From a virus, in the IMG/VR virus record IMGVR_UViG_3300006033_000016, positions 68,999 to 132,998 of that record: DNA of 64,000 bases. The stretch is one strand, 5' to 3'. Under the pieces are notes generated by a model. That model did not search any database, was not told the DNA's origin, and saw only the letters and a list, made by a program, of their open reading frames with translations. Shown piece by piece: positions 1-7,567 of this stretch. The translations under genes were made by a program, and so were the position numbers. Position 1 is the stretch's first letter, and each line of letters opens with the position of its first letter.

Positions 1-13
1 TTTCATTTTTTCA

Positions 14-362
14 CGCCAACGACATTTAATCTCGTTTTTTAGATCTAAGTGCCTATGTCATTCCATTAGACCACCCCTTCGCTCAGCAACCAAAAGAATT
101 TGGTTGCTGAGCGAAGGGGGATGGAGTTGAACCATCATCTTAGGCAAGGGTAAACGAGAGGTTGAGATGGCGATCGATTCGGGTCTCCAAGATTAGAGAA
201 TAGACTAACGAAGGGATTGAGGGGTACTAGCCTCTTCCAGTTGGGCTACCTCCCCATAAAATGGCGGGGAGGGCAGGATTCGAACCTGCACCCGATCGTA
301 CCCATATTCAAGTTGAACTTGAACTTGTTCTCTTTCCCTAACTCAAGTCCCATGGACTTGAG
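14..362 (-). ncRNA. Putative structured ncRNA with two circularly permuted tRNA-like modules (boundaries approximate)
   Basis: Minus strand module 1 (222-303): GGGTAC..GCAGG-TTCGAAT-CCTGC, CCTCCCC-GCCA-TTTTAT-GGGGAGG, TAGCCCAACTGGAAGAGGC..GTACCC. Module 2 (50-146): TGCCTA-AGAT-GATGG-TTCAACT-CCATC, 21-bp hairpin (74-119), TGGTCTAATGGAATGAC-A-TAGGCA. Outer pairings 31-37/152-158 and 14-18/168-172. No ORF of 60 aa or more here. Confidence 0.75.
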
Positions 363-381
363 CAGAGTTCTACATGTCTTC

Positions 382-397
382 TAGTATGTACAGGGTT
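382..397 (-). promoter_or_regulatory. Conserved 16-bp motif copy (AACCCTGTACATACTA), putative phage promoter upstream of the ncRNA
   Basis: Matches five other copies at 5647, 10679, 22566, 42167 and 45917. Confidence 0.55.
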
Positions 398-415
398 CGA
401 TCTCCTGTACAACCG

Positions 416-1150
416 TCAAACACCAGAAAAAACGTAGCTGAAGATGGCTCCAGAAACTTCTTTCTTGGTCACAGTGACGGAGTTGGCCTCCTCACGAGCA
501 AATTTAACAGCCTGTTGAAGCTTGTGAATGCGGTCCAGGATGTCATCCTTCTTTTCCTGGGTCAGGGCCCCAGAAAATCGGGTCTGGCGCCAGTATCCGA
601 TGACTACGTCCTCGGACACTTCCTTGACCTGAGCAGGATGCTCTTTGGTGGCTGGATGAAGAATGACGGGCTTGATGGTCTTCTTAGTCTTAGCAGTCTC
701 CACTACAGGAGACCGGAAAGCAGATTGACCGTCATCCCACTGCCAATTCTCTGACGGGTCTAGAATCGGCATCTTAGCAACAAAGGTGTGAAGATCAGTT
801 AGCTGCTTCTCAAGAAAAAGCAAGTAAGTCACAGGAACAGCAGTAAGCAAGGACGTACCATCAACCTTTACGTCAGCCACAGCTGACATATTGGCACTAT
901 CCTTGGTGAAGGTTACGTCAAAAAGCTCGGAGAGAGCCGACTGGACCTCTTTCAGAACATTCTTTGCCTTAATCTGCACCTTCTGGCTCTCAGGGGGAAA
1001 CTTCTCACCCTCCTCGTTGAGAGGTTGGTATGTTCTTTCCCTACCGTCGTACAGAGCCTGCGTCTGTGCTTTACGATGAAGGTCAGTGAGAGCACGGGTG
1101 GAGGATGCTTTGACACCCTTTTCGATGGCCAAAACTTGGTTGAGTTTCAT
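416..1150 (-). CDS. Conserved hypothetical protein (MKLNQVLAIEKGVK... family), adjacent to the structured ncRNA
   Basis: 244-aa ORF. N-terminus KLNQ.LAIEKGVK and internal RTYQP..EEGE..PPE and VP.TYLLFLEKQL are recalled as a family seen in phages and actinobacteria; function unknown. Confidence 0.85.
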   Translation of the reverse strand: MKLNQVLAIEKGVKASSTRALTDLHRKAQTQALYDGRERTYQPLNEEGEKFPPESQKVQIKAKNVLKEVQSALSELFDVTFTKDSANMSAVADVKVDGTSLLTAVPVTYLLFLEKQLTDLHTFVAKMPILDPSENWQWDDGQSAFRSPVVETAKTKKTIKPVILHPATKEHPAQVKEVSEDVVIGYWRQTRFSGALTQEKKDDILDRIHKLQQAVKFAREEANSVTVTKKEVSGAIFSYVFSGV

Positions 1151-1174
1151 GTGAGTCTCTTTGTGTTTAGATTT

Positions 1175-1198
1175 AAAAAGTAGGCAGGTAACCTACTT
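1175..1198 (-). terminator. Intrinsic terminator-like hairpin after tRNA-Arg
   Basis: AAGTAGG-TTACCTG-CCTACTT followed by a T run on the minus strand. Confidence 0.5.
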
Positions 1199-1274
1199 GG
1201 CGCGTCCGGTAGGAATCGAACCTACAACCTCTGATTTCGTAGACCAGTTCTCTATCCGATTGAGATACAGACGC
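1198..1274 (-). tRNA. tRNA-Arg(ACG)
   Basis: Cloverleaf GCGTCTG/CGGACGC, anticodon arm CTGGT-CTACGAA-ATCAG, T loop TTCGATT, encoded CCA. Confidence 0.95.
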
Positions 1275-1298
1275 AGTATAGGCAGGAAGGTAAGATCG

Positions 1299-1577
1299 TC
1301 AAGAGAGCATGTCAACGATGGAAGTAGCAAACCCACCCTCTTCGTCCTCTGCCTCGTCCTTTACAGGCTCATCTTCGTTTTCCGCTGTCTGGTCCTCAGC
1401 TCCGGGAAGATCACCTAGACCAGACATGAATTTAAGAAGATCCACAGGGCTCTTACCCATTCCACTGAGAGATTGAGTAATACCAGCCAACTTCTTTCGC
1501 TTTTGAGAGAAGCGGATTAGGGCTTTTGCGATTCTGACTTTGGACAAAGTCCGTCTACGTAAAGAAGGTGTAATCAC
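1299..1577 (-). CDS. Hypothetical protein
   Basis: 92-aa ORF; start overlaps the stop of the upstream HNH gene; basic N-terminus, acidic C-terminus. Confidence 0.65.
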   Translation of the reverse strand: MITPSLRRRTLSKVRIAKALIRFSQKRKKLAGITQSLSGMGKSPVDLLKFMSGLGDLPGAEDQTAENEDEPVKDEAEDEEGGFATSIVDMLS

Positions 1578-2296
1578 GTGTGTACTCCTGAAACAACCTT
1601 TACGAGAAGACCTGGCTCACTTAGGTCATCTTCGTACTCCAATATAGCACCAAAATGACCTAATTTTTCTTTCAGGGAAGACACTATTTTGTTTACCGTA
1701 TCTGTGTCCCTTTCTCGCCCATACACAGTAAACAAAACCTGATTTCCGTTTTCCTTTCTGAACACGTTCCAGGTGATGACTGGACGACCGATTCTATCGG
1801 ACTTACGAAAGGAAGAAGCGGAGGCAGACTTAACCTCGTCGAAAGAAGAGGCAACGGAAGATGCGACTGAAGAGGCATCTTTGGCAAGTTCCTGAAGGGA
1901 AACCTTCTTCGAAAGCTTGAGGAGCTGAAGGCTTAGCGTGTACGCCTTCTTTTTATTGTCTTTCCCATACTGGCTTTTGCCAGGTTCGGATTTTACTGTA
2001 CCGTTTTCCCTTTGCTTTCCAGTATTTTCTAGATGGTGTTTCCTGCATAAAAGGCGACACTTCTTTAACTCTTTTTTGAATTCCGCTTCGGGCACGGACC
2101 ATAACTTAGTGAGAGTAAAGGATTTACCATCAGGGTTCTTATGGTCGAATTCCAAATTAGAGGTAGAACCACATACAGAGCACTTTCCGCCTAATATATC
2201 AATAGCTTCCTTTTTACGTTCATGATACCTTTTCTTCTGATATTTCTTTTGGTATCCATTTCTGGAAGGGTCGTGCTTTGATATTCTCGTCGTCAT
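1574..2296 (-). CDS. HNH endonuclease with additional C-terminal domain
   Basis: CSVCG..LEFDHKNP...KCRLLCRKHH motif. Confidence 0.85.
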   Translation of the reverse strand: MTTRISKHDPSRNGYQKKYQKKRYHERKKEAIDILGGKCSVCGSTSNLEFDHKNPDGKSFTLTKLWSVPEAEFKKELKKCRLLCRKHHLENTGKQRENGTVKSEPGKSQYGKDNKKKAYTLSLQLLKLSKKVSLQELAKDASSVASSVASSFDEVKSASASSFRKSDRIGRPVITWNVFRKENGNQVLFTVYGRERDTDTVNKIVSSLKEKLGHFGAILEYEDDLSEPGLLVKVVSGVHT

Positions 2297-2318
2297 GCGA
2301 AGGCTAAATAGTAGGTAT

Positions 2319-2804
2319 TTACTTAGTTTTCTTGGCGGCAGATCTGACCTGAGTGTCTTTTACACCGCTAGGTTTAGACTTTCTGTTCCAATCTCTCCAC
2401 CGTATCCAACTACTTATGATGTTAGGAAGCTTTACTTTCTCGAATTCTAAAGCTTTTTGGTAGTCAGGATGTGCTATCTCCATGCACTGAAATCTCAAAC
2501 TATGCGGATATGGCTTCCCATCCGGAGAAAATTGCTGAGGCCCGTGTTGAAGATGAAGCATTTCATGGTAGATGACAAAGTCTAAATACCACAAAGGTAT
2601 TCGAATGTCGTCCATAAAAGAGTTGACCTTTATCAACCTTTCCTCGAATACACAGCAGGCTTGGGCAGTATACTTACTTTTTAGAGGAAGATGGCGCCAA
2701 CCTATTCCTCCGCACACCATACCCCCAAAAAATTCGAGGTTTATCTTGTCAAACCTTTTTAGAAGACTGGTGTGTTTACACGCCGGTTCCTTTGGTTTAC
2801 GCAC
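2319..2804 (-). CDS. SprT/YgjP-like zinc metallopeptidase
   Basis: YLDFVIYHEMLH (HExxH) followed by H..RF. Confidence 0.75.
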   Translation of the reverse strand: MRKPKEPACKHTSLLKRFDKINLEFFGGMVCGGIGWRHLPLKSKYTAQACCVFEERLIKVNSFMDDIRIPLWYLDFVIYHEMLHLQHGPQQFSPDGKPYPHSLRFQCMEIAHPDYQKALEFEKVKLPNIISSWIRWRDWNRKSKPSGVKDTQVRSAAKKTK

Positions 2805-2830
2805 AAGGCACCTCCTCTACTCTCCTAAAT

Positions 2831-2860
2831 AAGGTAGCAGAGGGGTGATTCACCTGTCAA
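2831..2860 (-). promoter_or_regulatory. Sigma70-like promoter
   Basis: TTGACA-18 nt-TACCTT with TGn extended -10, upstream of AGGAG and the gene starting at 2804. Confidence 0.5.
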
Positions 2861-2875
2861 ACAAAGGTCTATTCT

Positions 2876-2951
2876 TGGTAGGACCGGAGGGGCTCGAACC
2901 CTCGACCGTTGGATTAAAAGTCCACTGCTCTACCGACTGAGCTACGGTCCT
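2876..2951 (-). tRNA. tRNA-Lys(TTT)
   Basis: AGGACCG/CGGTCCT acceptor, D arm GCTC..GAGC, anticodon loop CTTTTAA, T loop TTCGAGC, CCA. Confidence 0.95.
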
Positions 2952-3124
2952 GTGCCCCACAAGAGCCAATGCTGTATGCGGGAGGGAAAGATGTAGTTAG
3001 TTATCTCCCACCATGGAACATACTGGCTATCCAGCACTAAAAGAAGTATGAAGCCAGACACTACGCCAAAAACGTATAGCAGGAGATAAGCCAGGATGGA
3101 TTCCATATAGGACTTGCCATGCAT
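2942..3124 (-). CDS. Small putative membrane protein
   Basis: 60-aa ORF with a hydrophobic stretch; its last 10 nt overlap the tRNA-Lys 5' end. Confidence 0.4.
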   Translation of the reverse strand: MHGKSYMESILAYLLLYVFGVVSGFILLLVLDSQYVPWWEITNYIFPSRIQHWLLWGTGP

Positions 3125-3157
3125 GGCTAAGGTCTCAACGTTTAGGTTTGAGGTGTG

Positions 3158-3472
3158 TCATCCTGCTTGCGCCAGTAGTAGAAATCGGTAGCGGTAAGAG
3201 TTAGACTCCTGATGTGTCTTTCTCTTGTGGCAATTAGAGCACAAGACGCGACACTTGTCAAGCTCTAACTGAAGATGGTTCCAACTACATGTGGTAGATC
3301 TTATCAATTTCGATATGTCTACTCTTTTATTGTGTAGGTGGTCAAACTCAAGGACAAGAGGGTCTCTCTCACCACACATTTCACACTCATGCTGGGAGAG
3401 ATAATTCCAAATTTTCTGCTGCTTACTATGAACGTGCTTTTTCTTGTCTTCTTTTGTTTTACCCACGTACAC
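3158..3472 (-). CDS. HNH endonuclease
   Basis: CEMCGERDPLVLEFDHL...KCRVLCSNCHKRKT; paralogous to 12009-12446. Confidence 0.85.
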   Translation of the reverse strand: MYVGKTKEDKKKHVHSKQQKIWNYLSQHECEMCGERDPLVLEFDHLHNKRVDISKLIRSTTCSWNHLQLELDKCRVLCSNCHKRKTHQESNSYRYRFLLLAQAG

Positions 3473-3518
3473 CCCCTTCCTGTGTGATGAGGTGGGAACG
3501 TAGATAAAATAACAAGGT

Positions 3519-3560
3519 AGTTAGCAGTGTTAGACGACCTCTCGCCTAACACTGCTAACT
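3519..3560 (-). terminator. 15-bp stem hairpin downstream of the DGQHR gene
   Basis: AGTTAGCAGTGTTAG...CTAACACTGCTAACT inverted repeat. Confidence 0.5.
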
Positions 3561-3566
3561 TTAGCA

Positions 3567-4481
3567 TCACACGGGAGAGGGGAACTCGTTGGCCTTGGAG
3601 TAGCGAAGGTGGTTCAGCTTCCGCTTTTGACGATAAGCATTCCACGCAGAGATACACCGAGCAGCGGTTTCTCTACGAATAGCGTGACCTCCGCCCGAGT
3701 GCTGGTTAGTCAACAGCCAGTTCGTAAGAAGCTCAATCTGAGGAATGGTAACTCCGTCAATGGCGTGTCGGTTTTGGGCGACTGCCTGGAAGAACGCAAG
3801 GGCCTCGTCCTTCGCTCCCGGTACACGCATGCATCGGATAGCAGCAGCAATCACGGGAGTAGACGCTAGTGTAAACCCGTTCTTAGGAGATGCCATGTCT
3901 ACGAGGTCGTCCAGAAAGGGGTGGTTGTCCACAACCTCGTTGCGCTTCATCTTAGACAAGTTGTCCTTCTGGTCGAAAGAGCGAAGCTCAAAAAGAATTC
4001 CGCCAATGATCCGCCCCGAAACTGCCTTACGGCCTGTCATCTTGCGCAGATCGCTGAGAGTGCGGCTCTTTCCGGTGTCCACTACATCAAGAGCCGCAGC
4101 ACTCTTCAAAAGAACAACAGTCATGTCCTTAAGAATGAAATGCGGCGGAGTGTTGGAGGAGACAAACGCAGTGAGGCGATGCTGACCGTCCACGAGAGTT
4201 CCCGTAGGAGACAGACGAATAGAATCACCAGTGTTAATCCATTTTCCAGCTTCGATATCAGTACGAAGCTCCAGTACACGTTCCCTGGAAACTCGTCGCT
4301 GGCATTCGTCCCTGTTTTCTAGCAGGAGAGAAGCAAGACCCTTGTCGATGTCCAGGGTATACTCCACTCGTCCGTCGAGGTCTCGGGTATCTTTGGCCAC
4401 CTTGAGGATTGCTGCCACAGCAGGAGGCAAAGAGGCAGTCAGCGGAGTCACGGGATGAGCCAGGGTAGACAATTGAGACAT
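3567..4481 (-). CDS. ParB/Srx-like N-terminal (DGQHR motif) protein
   Basis: QRRVS...G.W..TGDSI...LVDGQHRL.A...D.GKSRTL.D. Confidence 0.75.
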   Translation of the reverse strand: MSQLSTLAHPVTPLTASLPPAVAAILKVAKDTRDLDGRVEYTLDIDKGLASLLLENRDECQRRVSRERVLELRTDIEAGKWINTGDSIRLSPTGTLVDGQHRLTAFVSSNTPPHFILKDMTVVLLKSAAALDVVDTGKSRTLSDLRKMTGRKAVSGRIIGGILFELRSFDQKDNLSKMKRNEVVDNHPFLDDLVDMASPKNGFTLASTPVIAAAIRCMRVPGAKDEALAFFQAVAQNRHAIDGVTIPQIELLTNWLLTNQHSGGGHAIRRETAARCISAWNAYRQKRKLNHLRYSKANEFPSPV

Positions 4482-4492
4482 GTAGGCACCTT

Positions 4493-5617
4493 TCAGCGAT
4501 TTTCTTGTTGAGGTCTTCTAGGCCAGACCATTCCGGCGTAGTTTACCTCAATCAACCAAGAATCCTGAGTAGAAAAAGATGAGTATTCTCGAAGGGAAGA
4601 AGGATGATATGTCCACTCCTCCTCATCAGCATAGAAGATTACGCTGTAGGATTCGGACTTGATCACTCTTTGGGGCACGGATTCATTAGGTGAAATCCTG
4701 CTGCCCCAATGAGGCTCGTCATTTGTACCACGCGTCACTTCTCGGTCTATTTCGTCCCACTCATAGTAGGAATAAGTACACCATTCATCGTATACAGGAC
4801 ACTCATCGTAACAGGTGTTGTATTCTGTCCGTGTACAAGTGTCGTAACACGTAGAACAGTGTTCCTCACAGCGAGAGTAACCATTAGAGAGATCAGTGCA
4901 ACTAACGTGACAACTACAGTCGTGTGGTCGACAATCGTAAGATACCTGATGTGGATTGCAATCTCTAGGATGGCATCTCTCTGTGCCTCTCTGTCTGGTG
5001 TGACAGGATGCGTTAAAAGACCCAGAAGGAGTCCCCCAGCCGGAGCCAGATTTAGTCATCCTCTGTTCCAGGATTTTCCTGTATTCCCAGGAGGTAGACC
5101 GTACTTCCGCCCTTACCTCATGAGTGGATAACAAAACCCAAAGAATTACAAAAGAAGACAAAACAGCCAAACAAAGAAGAATTAGTCCAACATTCTTTCG
5201 TAGAGTGGAGAATAAACTCTTCTCCTCGATAAGCACCGCATATCTAGGACTCTCCCTTAGAGAGGGAGCAGGAGAGGGAGCAGTGGATGCTGCTCTTGGG
5301 GGAGGAATGATTGTGGCCTTTGACCTCTTTTTAGGGGCAGGCGGAGGTTCGGAAGGATCCCTACTTGCCCCACACACTCGGCAAGAAGTCAAAAGGGCGC
5401 GGTTGTCATTAAAGCAAAATCTACACGTCCAGTTAGGACCTGCAGATGCCTGCTTGAGCAACTCTGGGTCGGTGACAGGCGTGGAACCCCCAGGATTATA
5501 CTTCTCTCCCTTTTCCTTAGGGGAACCACAAGTAGAACATCGCATGTCCCTGCCAAGGTTTTTAGACCCGCAGGAATAGCAAGTCCACTTATTTTCTACA
5601 ATCCAAGAACGTCCCAC
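4493..5617 (-). CDS. Membrane protein with two RanBP2-type zinc fingers and a Cys-rich C-terminal region
   Basis: WTCYSCGSKN...CSTCG and WTCRFCFNDN...CRVCG; one TM helix; many Cys after the TM. Confidence 0.8.
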   Translation of the reverse strand: MGRSWIVENKWTCYSCGSKNLGRDMRCSTCGSPKEKGEKYNPGGSTPVTDPELLKQASAGPNWTCRFCFNDNRALLTSCRVCGASRDPSEPPPAPKKRSKATIIPPPRAASTAPSPAPSLRESPRYAVLIEEKSLFSTLRKNVGLILLCLAVLSSFVILWVLLSTHEVRAEVRSTSWEYRKILEQRMTKSGSGWGTPSGSFNASCHTRQRGTERCHPRDCNPHQVSYDCRPHDCSCHVSCTDLSNGYSRCEEHCSTCYDTCTRTEYNTCYDECPVYDEWCTYSYYEWDEIDREVTRGTNDEPHWGSRISPNESVPQRVIKSESYSVIFYADEEEWTYHPSSLREYSSFSTQDSWLIEVNYAGMVWPRRPQQENR

Positions 5618-5646
5618 TTAAGCCTCCCTTTTGCGGGGTGGGTCTA

Positions 5647-5662
5647 TACTATGAGCAGGGTT
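5647..5662 (-). promoter_or_regulatory. Conserved 16-bp motif copy (AACCCTGCTCATAGTA)
   Basis: Intergenic, between a terminator and GGAGG/start of the 5617 gene. Confidence 0.6.
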
Positions 5663-5684
5663 CGTTTCGTTCTAGGATGGCTAC

Positions 5685-5709
5685 AAAAAAGCCCCCAATA
5701 AGGGGGCTT
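5685..5709 (-). terminator. Intrinsic terminator
   Basis: AAGCCCCC-TTATT-GGGGGCTT-TTTT right after the vWA gene stop. Confidence 0.8.
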
Positions 5710-5712
5710 CCA

Positions 5713-6435
5713 TCAGGGGGTAGAACCGGGGTCCTGATCTCCGTTAGTGGCGCTCTGAATCTTGAATACCTGATCGAAGTCTATACCTCGGGCTGCCTCT
5801 ACATCAGATGCTTGGCCGTAGAAAGAGAGTGAGGCATCGGATTTCGCGTGAATCCTGGAGGAGCCTATACTTCCCGAAAGTACGGTGTACGTACCACGTA
5901 TACCCTCCGCAGAGGCGTCGTAGTTAAGAGTGTTAGCCCCTCTTATTCCTATGGAAGAACTTTCTGCAAAACTATCTACGTTAGCTCCGAGGTAGATAAA
6001 GTTCCACTTATAGATAGATTCCTGCTGCTCAACCATGGATTTTACCTGCTCCTTCGAAAAAGAGCAAGACGAGTTTTCTTCCCCATCCGTGATTACAATA
6101 AAAAGAACCTTACCTGGGCGATCTTCCTCGGGAAGATCCGAAAGATCTTTTCCTAGGTCGATTATAGACTGCCCCAAAGCGTCGTTTAGGGCAGTCCCTC
6201 CGCTGGGGGAGTAAGAAGCGCGATCGAGCAAGGTTGCCTCTTTTATTGGAACCATGGAAGAAAGAGTTTTCCTTCGGGTAGAAAAGGTATGGACAGAAAC
6301 GGTGGCCTTTCCCTCCACCAAGCGCTGTTCCTCAATAAAAGAGTTGAATCCTCCTATGGTGTCCGCGGCCAGGTGCTGCATGGAGCCGCTCTCGTCGATA
6401 AGAATGGAGATGTGAGTGTAGTTCGGATTTGTCAT
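5713..6435 (-). CDS. von Willebrand factor A domain protein
   Basis: MIDAS motif DESGSM, GGTALNDA, VITDGEEN. Confidence 0.9.
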   Translation of the reverse strand: MTNPNYTHISILIDESGSMQHLAADTIGGFNSFIEEQRLVEGKATVSVHTFSTRRKTLSSMVPIKEATLLDRASYSPSGGTALNDALGQSIIDLGKDLSDLPEEDRPGKVLFIVITDGEENSSCSFSKEQVKSMVEQQESIYKWNFIYLGANVDSFAESSSIGIRGANTLNYDASAEGIRGTYTVLSGSIGSSRIHAKSDASLSFYGQASDVEAARGIDFDQVFKIQSATNGDQDPGSTP

Positions 6436-6535
6436 GATGATGCCTTTCTCTAGTCACGTTGACTAGAACAGTCTCTATTTACAGTACTGTATGTGGATTC
6501 CTATCCACCAAAAAAGAATATAACCAAAATTTAGG

Positions 6536-7558
6536 TCATCCTTCGACCCATCCATTAAACGTAACAGCTTTTCTCATCCAGTGCTGATCTGTTTGAACAT
6601 GGTTGTTCCGAACGAACTTGCCTACTAAACGACGAAACTCAGAGTATTTGAAATCTGATGCCACTCTAACAACGTAACCCTCGCATGGATCTCCGTCCAA
6701 AGAAGACACGTCGATTTCTTTGAGTACGTTTTCGTTCCAGATTCCTCGGTATAGAACAGGAACAGTGCGTAACCCAAGCATGTCAGCACATGACACAGTG
6801 TCATCCCAAGAGAGACACACATTCCATTCATTCCATATGGAGAAAACTTGAAAGAAGTGAGATAGGTTTGTGTATGCTATGGAATGAACTGCAGTAAGGT
6901 TTTCTCCACAAACTCTCCATCTATCGGGTATATCATACCTGATCTGGGACCAAAGAGATTTGAGAAGATTCCTAGATTCATGAGGCGTGTAGGATAATGA
7001 CCGTGAATGTATGTGGTCCCTATAAAGAGAGGAGTTCTCGCCATCCATTTTGGCCGTAACCACTACTTCCCTACCCTCAAACTGGCTGACTGACTCCAGC
7101 GTCTTATCATCGCTTGTAGCACCAGGCGACCATGGCAAGTGATAAGTCCTGGGGTATTTTATTATGTGAGTGAATTCGTGTAAGGAATCAGAAAGAATCT
7201 TCTGAACCTGCTCCTCAAAAAACAACTCACCCGGAGTTCTGAGCCCGGAGGATAAATACACATTGCCCCACTTATCAAATCGAGACGAGGAATCGAAATG
7301 AGGAGGCAGAATGACTTTTCTTATTCCGCACTTTTCTCTTAGAGTTTCGCAAGATACTTTTGTTTCTTCGCAAAGCAGATGACAAGAAGCACACACTGAA
7401 GCTCCGTTGTCTAGATAATACCCACCGTCAGGCCATAGCTTGCGCTCTATAATGTGATGGGCGTCAACAGCAGGACTAGAACAGAGAACGCACCTATGAG
7501 AGTCACGGGTAAAAACCTGTGACTTAAATTCTTCTCGTGTCAGTAGCTGGGATGACAT
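6536..7558 (-). CDS. HNH domain fused to an ATP-dependent RNA ligase (Rnl2-like)
   Basis: N-terminal CVLC..DAHHI..NGASVC..CH; C-terminal KYPRTYHLPWSPG, motif I KMDGEN, GEN, EGYVVR, KFVR. Confidence 0.85.
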   Translation of the reverse strand: MSSQLLTREEFKSQVFTRDSHRCVLCSSPAVDAHHIIERKLWPDGGYYLDNGASVCASCHLLCEETKVSCETLREKCGIRKVILPPHFDSSSRFDKWGNVYLSSGLRTPGELFFEEQVQKILSDSLHEFTHIIKYPRTYHLPWSPGATSDDKTLESVSQFEGREVVVTAKMDGENSSLYRDHIHSRSLSYTPHESRNLLKSLWSQIRYDIPDRWRVCGENLTAVHSIAYTNLSHFFQVFSIWNEWNVCLSWDDTVSCADMLGLRTVPVLYRGIWNENVLKEIDVSSLDGDPCEGYVVRVASDFKYSEFRRLVGKFVRNNHVQTDQHWMRKAVTFNGWVEG

Positions 7559-7567
7559 GACAAACTA

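Noticed and set aside
74-119. 21-bp hairpin as a simple terminator or MITE end
   Set aside because: It is flanked precisely by a T arm and a D arm and lacks a U-tract, so it is better explained as the acceptor stem of a permuted tRNA-like module.
222-303. Canonical tRNA gene(s) or an attP-type tRNA fragment
   Set aside because: The 3' half precedes the 5' half, no anticodon loop exists, and no integrase is in the window.
246-353. 35-aa minus-strand ORF (MGLELGKENKFKFNL...)
   Set aside because: Short, start buried in a hairpin, runs through tRNA-like structure; no coding evidence.
1275-1302. TTGACG-16-TATACT promoter for tRNA-Arg
   Set aside because: The -10 box abuts the tRNA 5' end, so a transcript would start inside the tRNA; spacing is suboptimal.
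5713-6435. Ro60/TROVE homolog as partner of the Y-RNA-like element
   Set aside because: Stand-alone vWA domain of 240 aa with no TROVE region.
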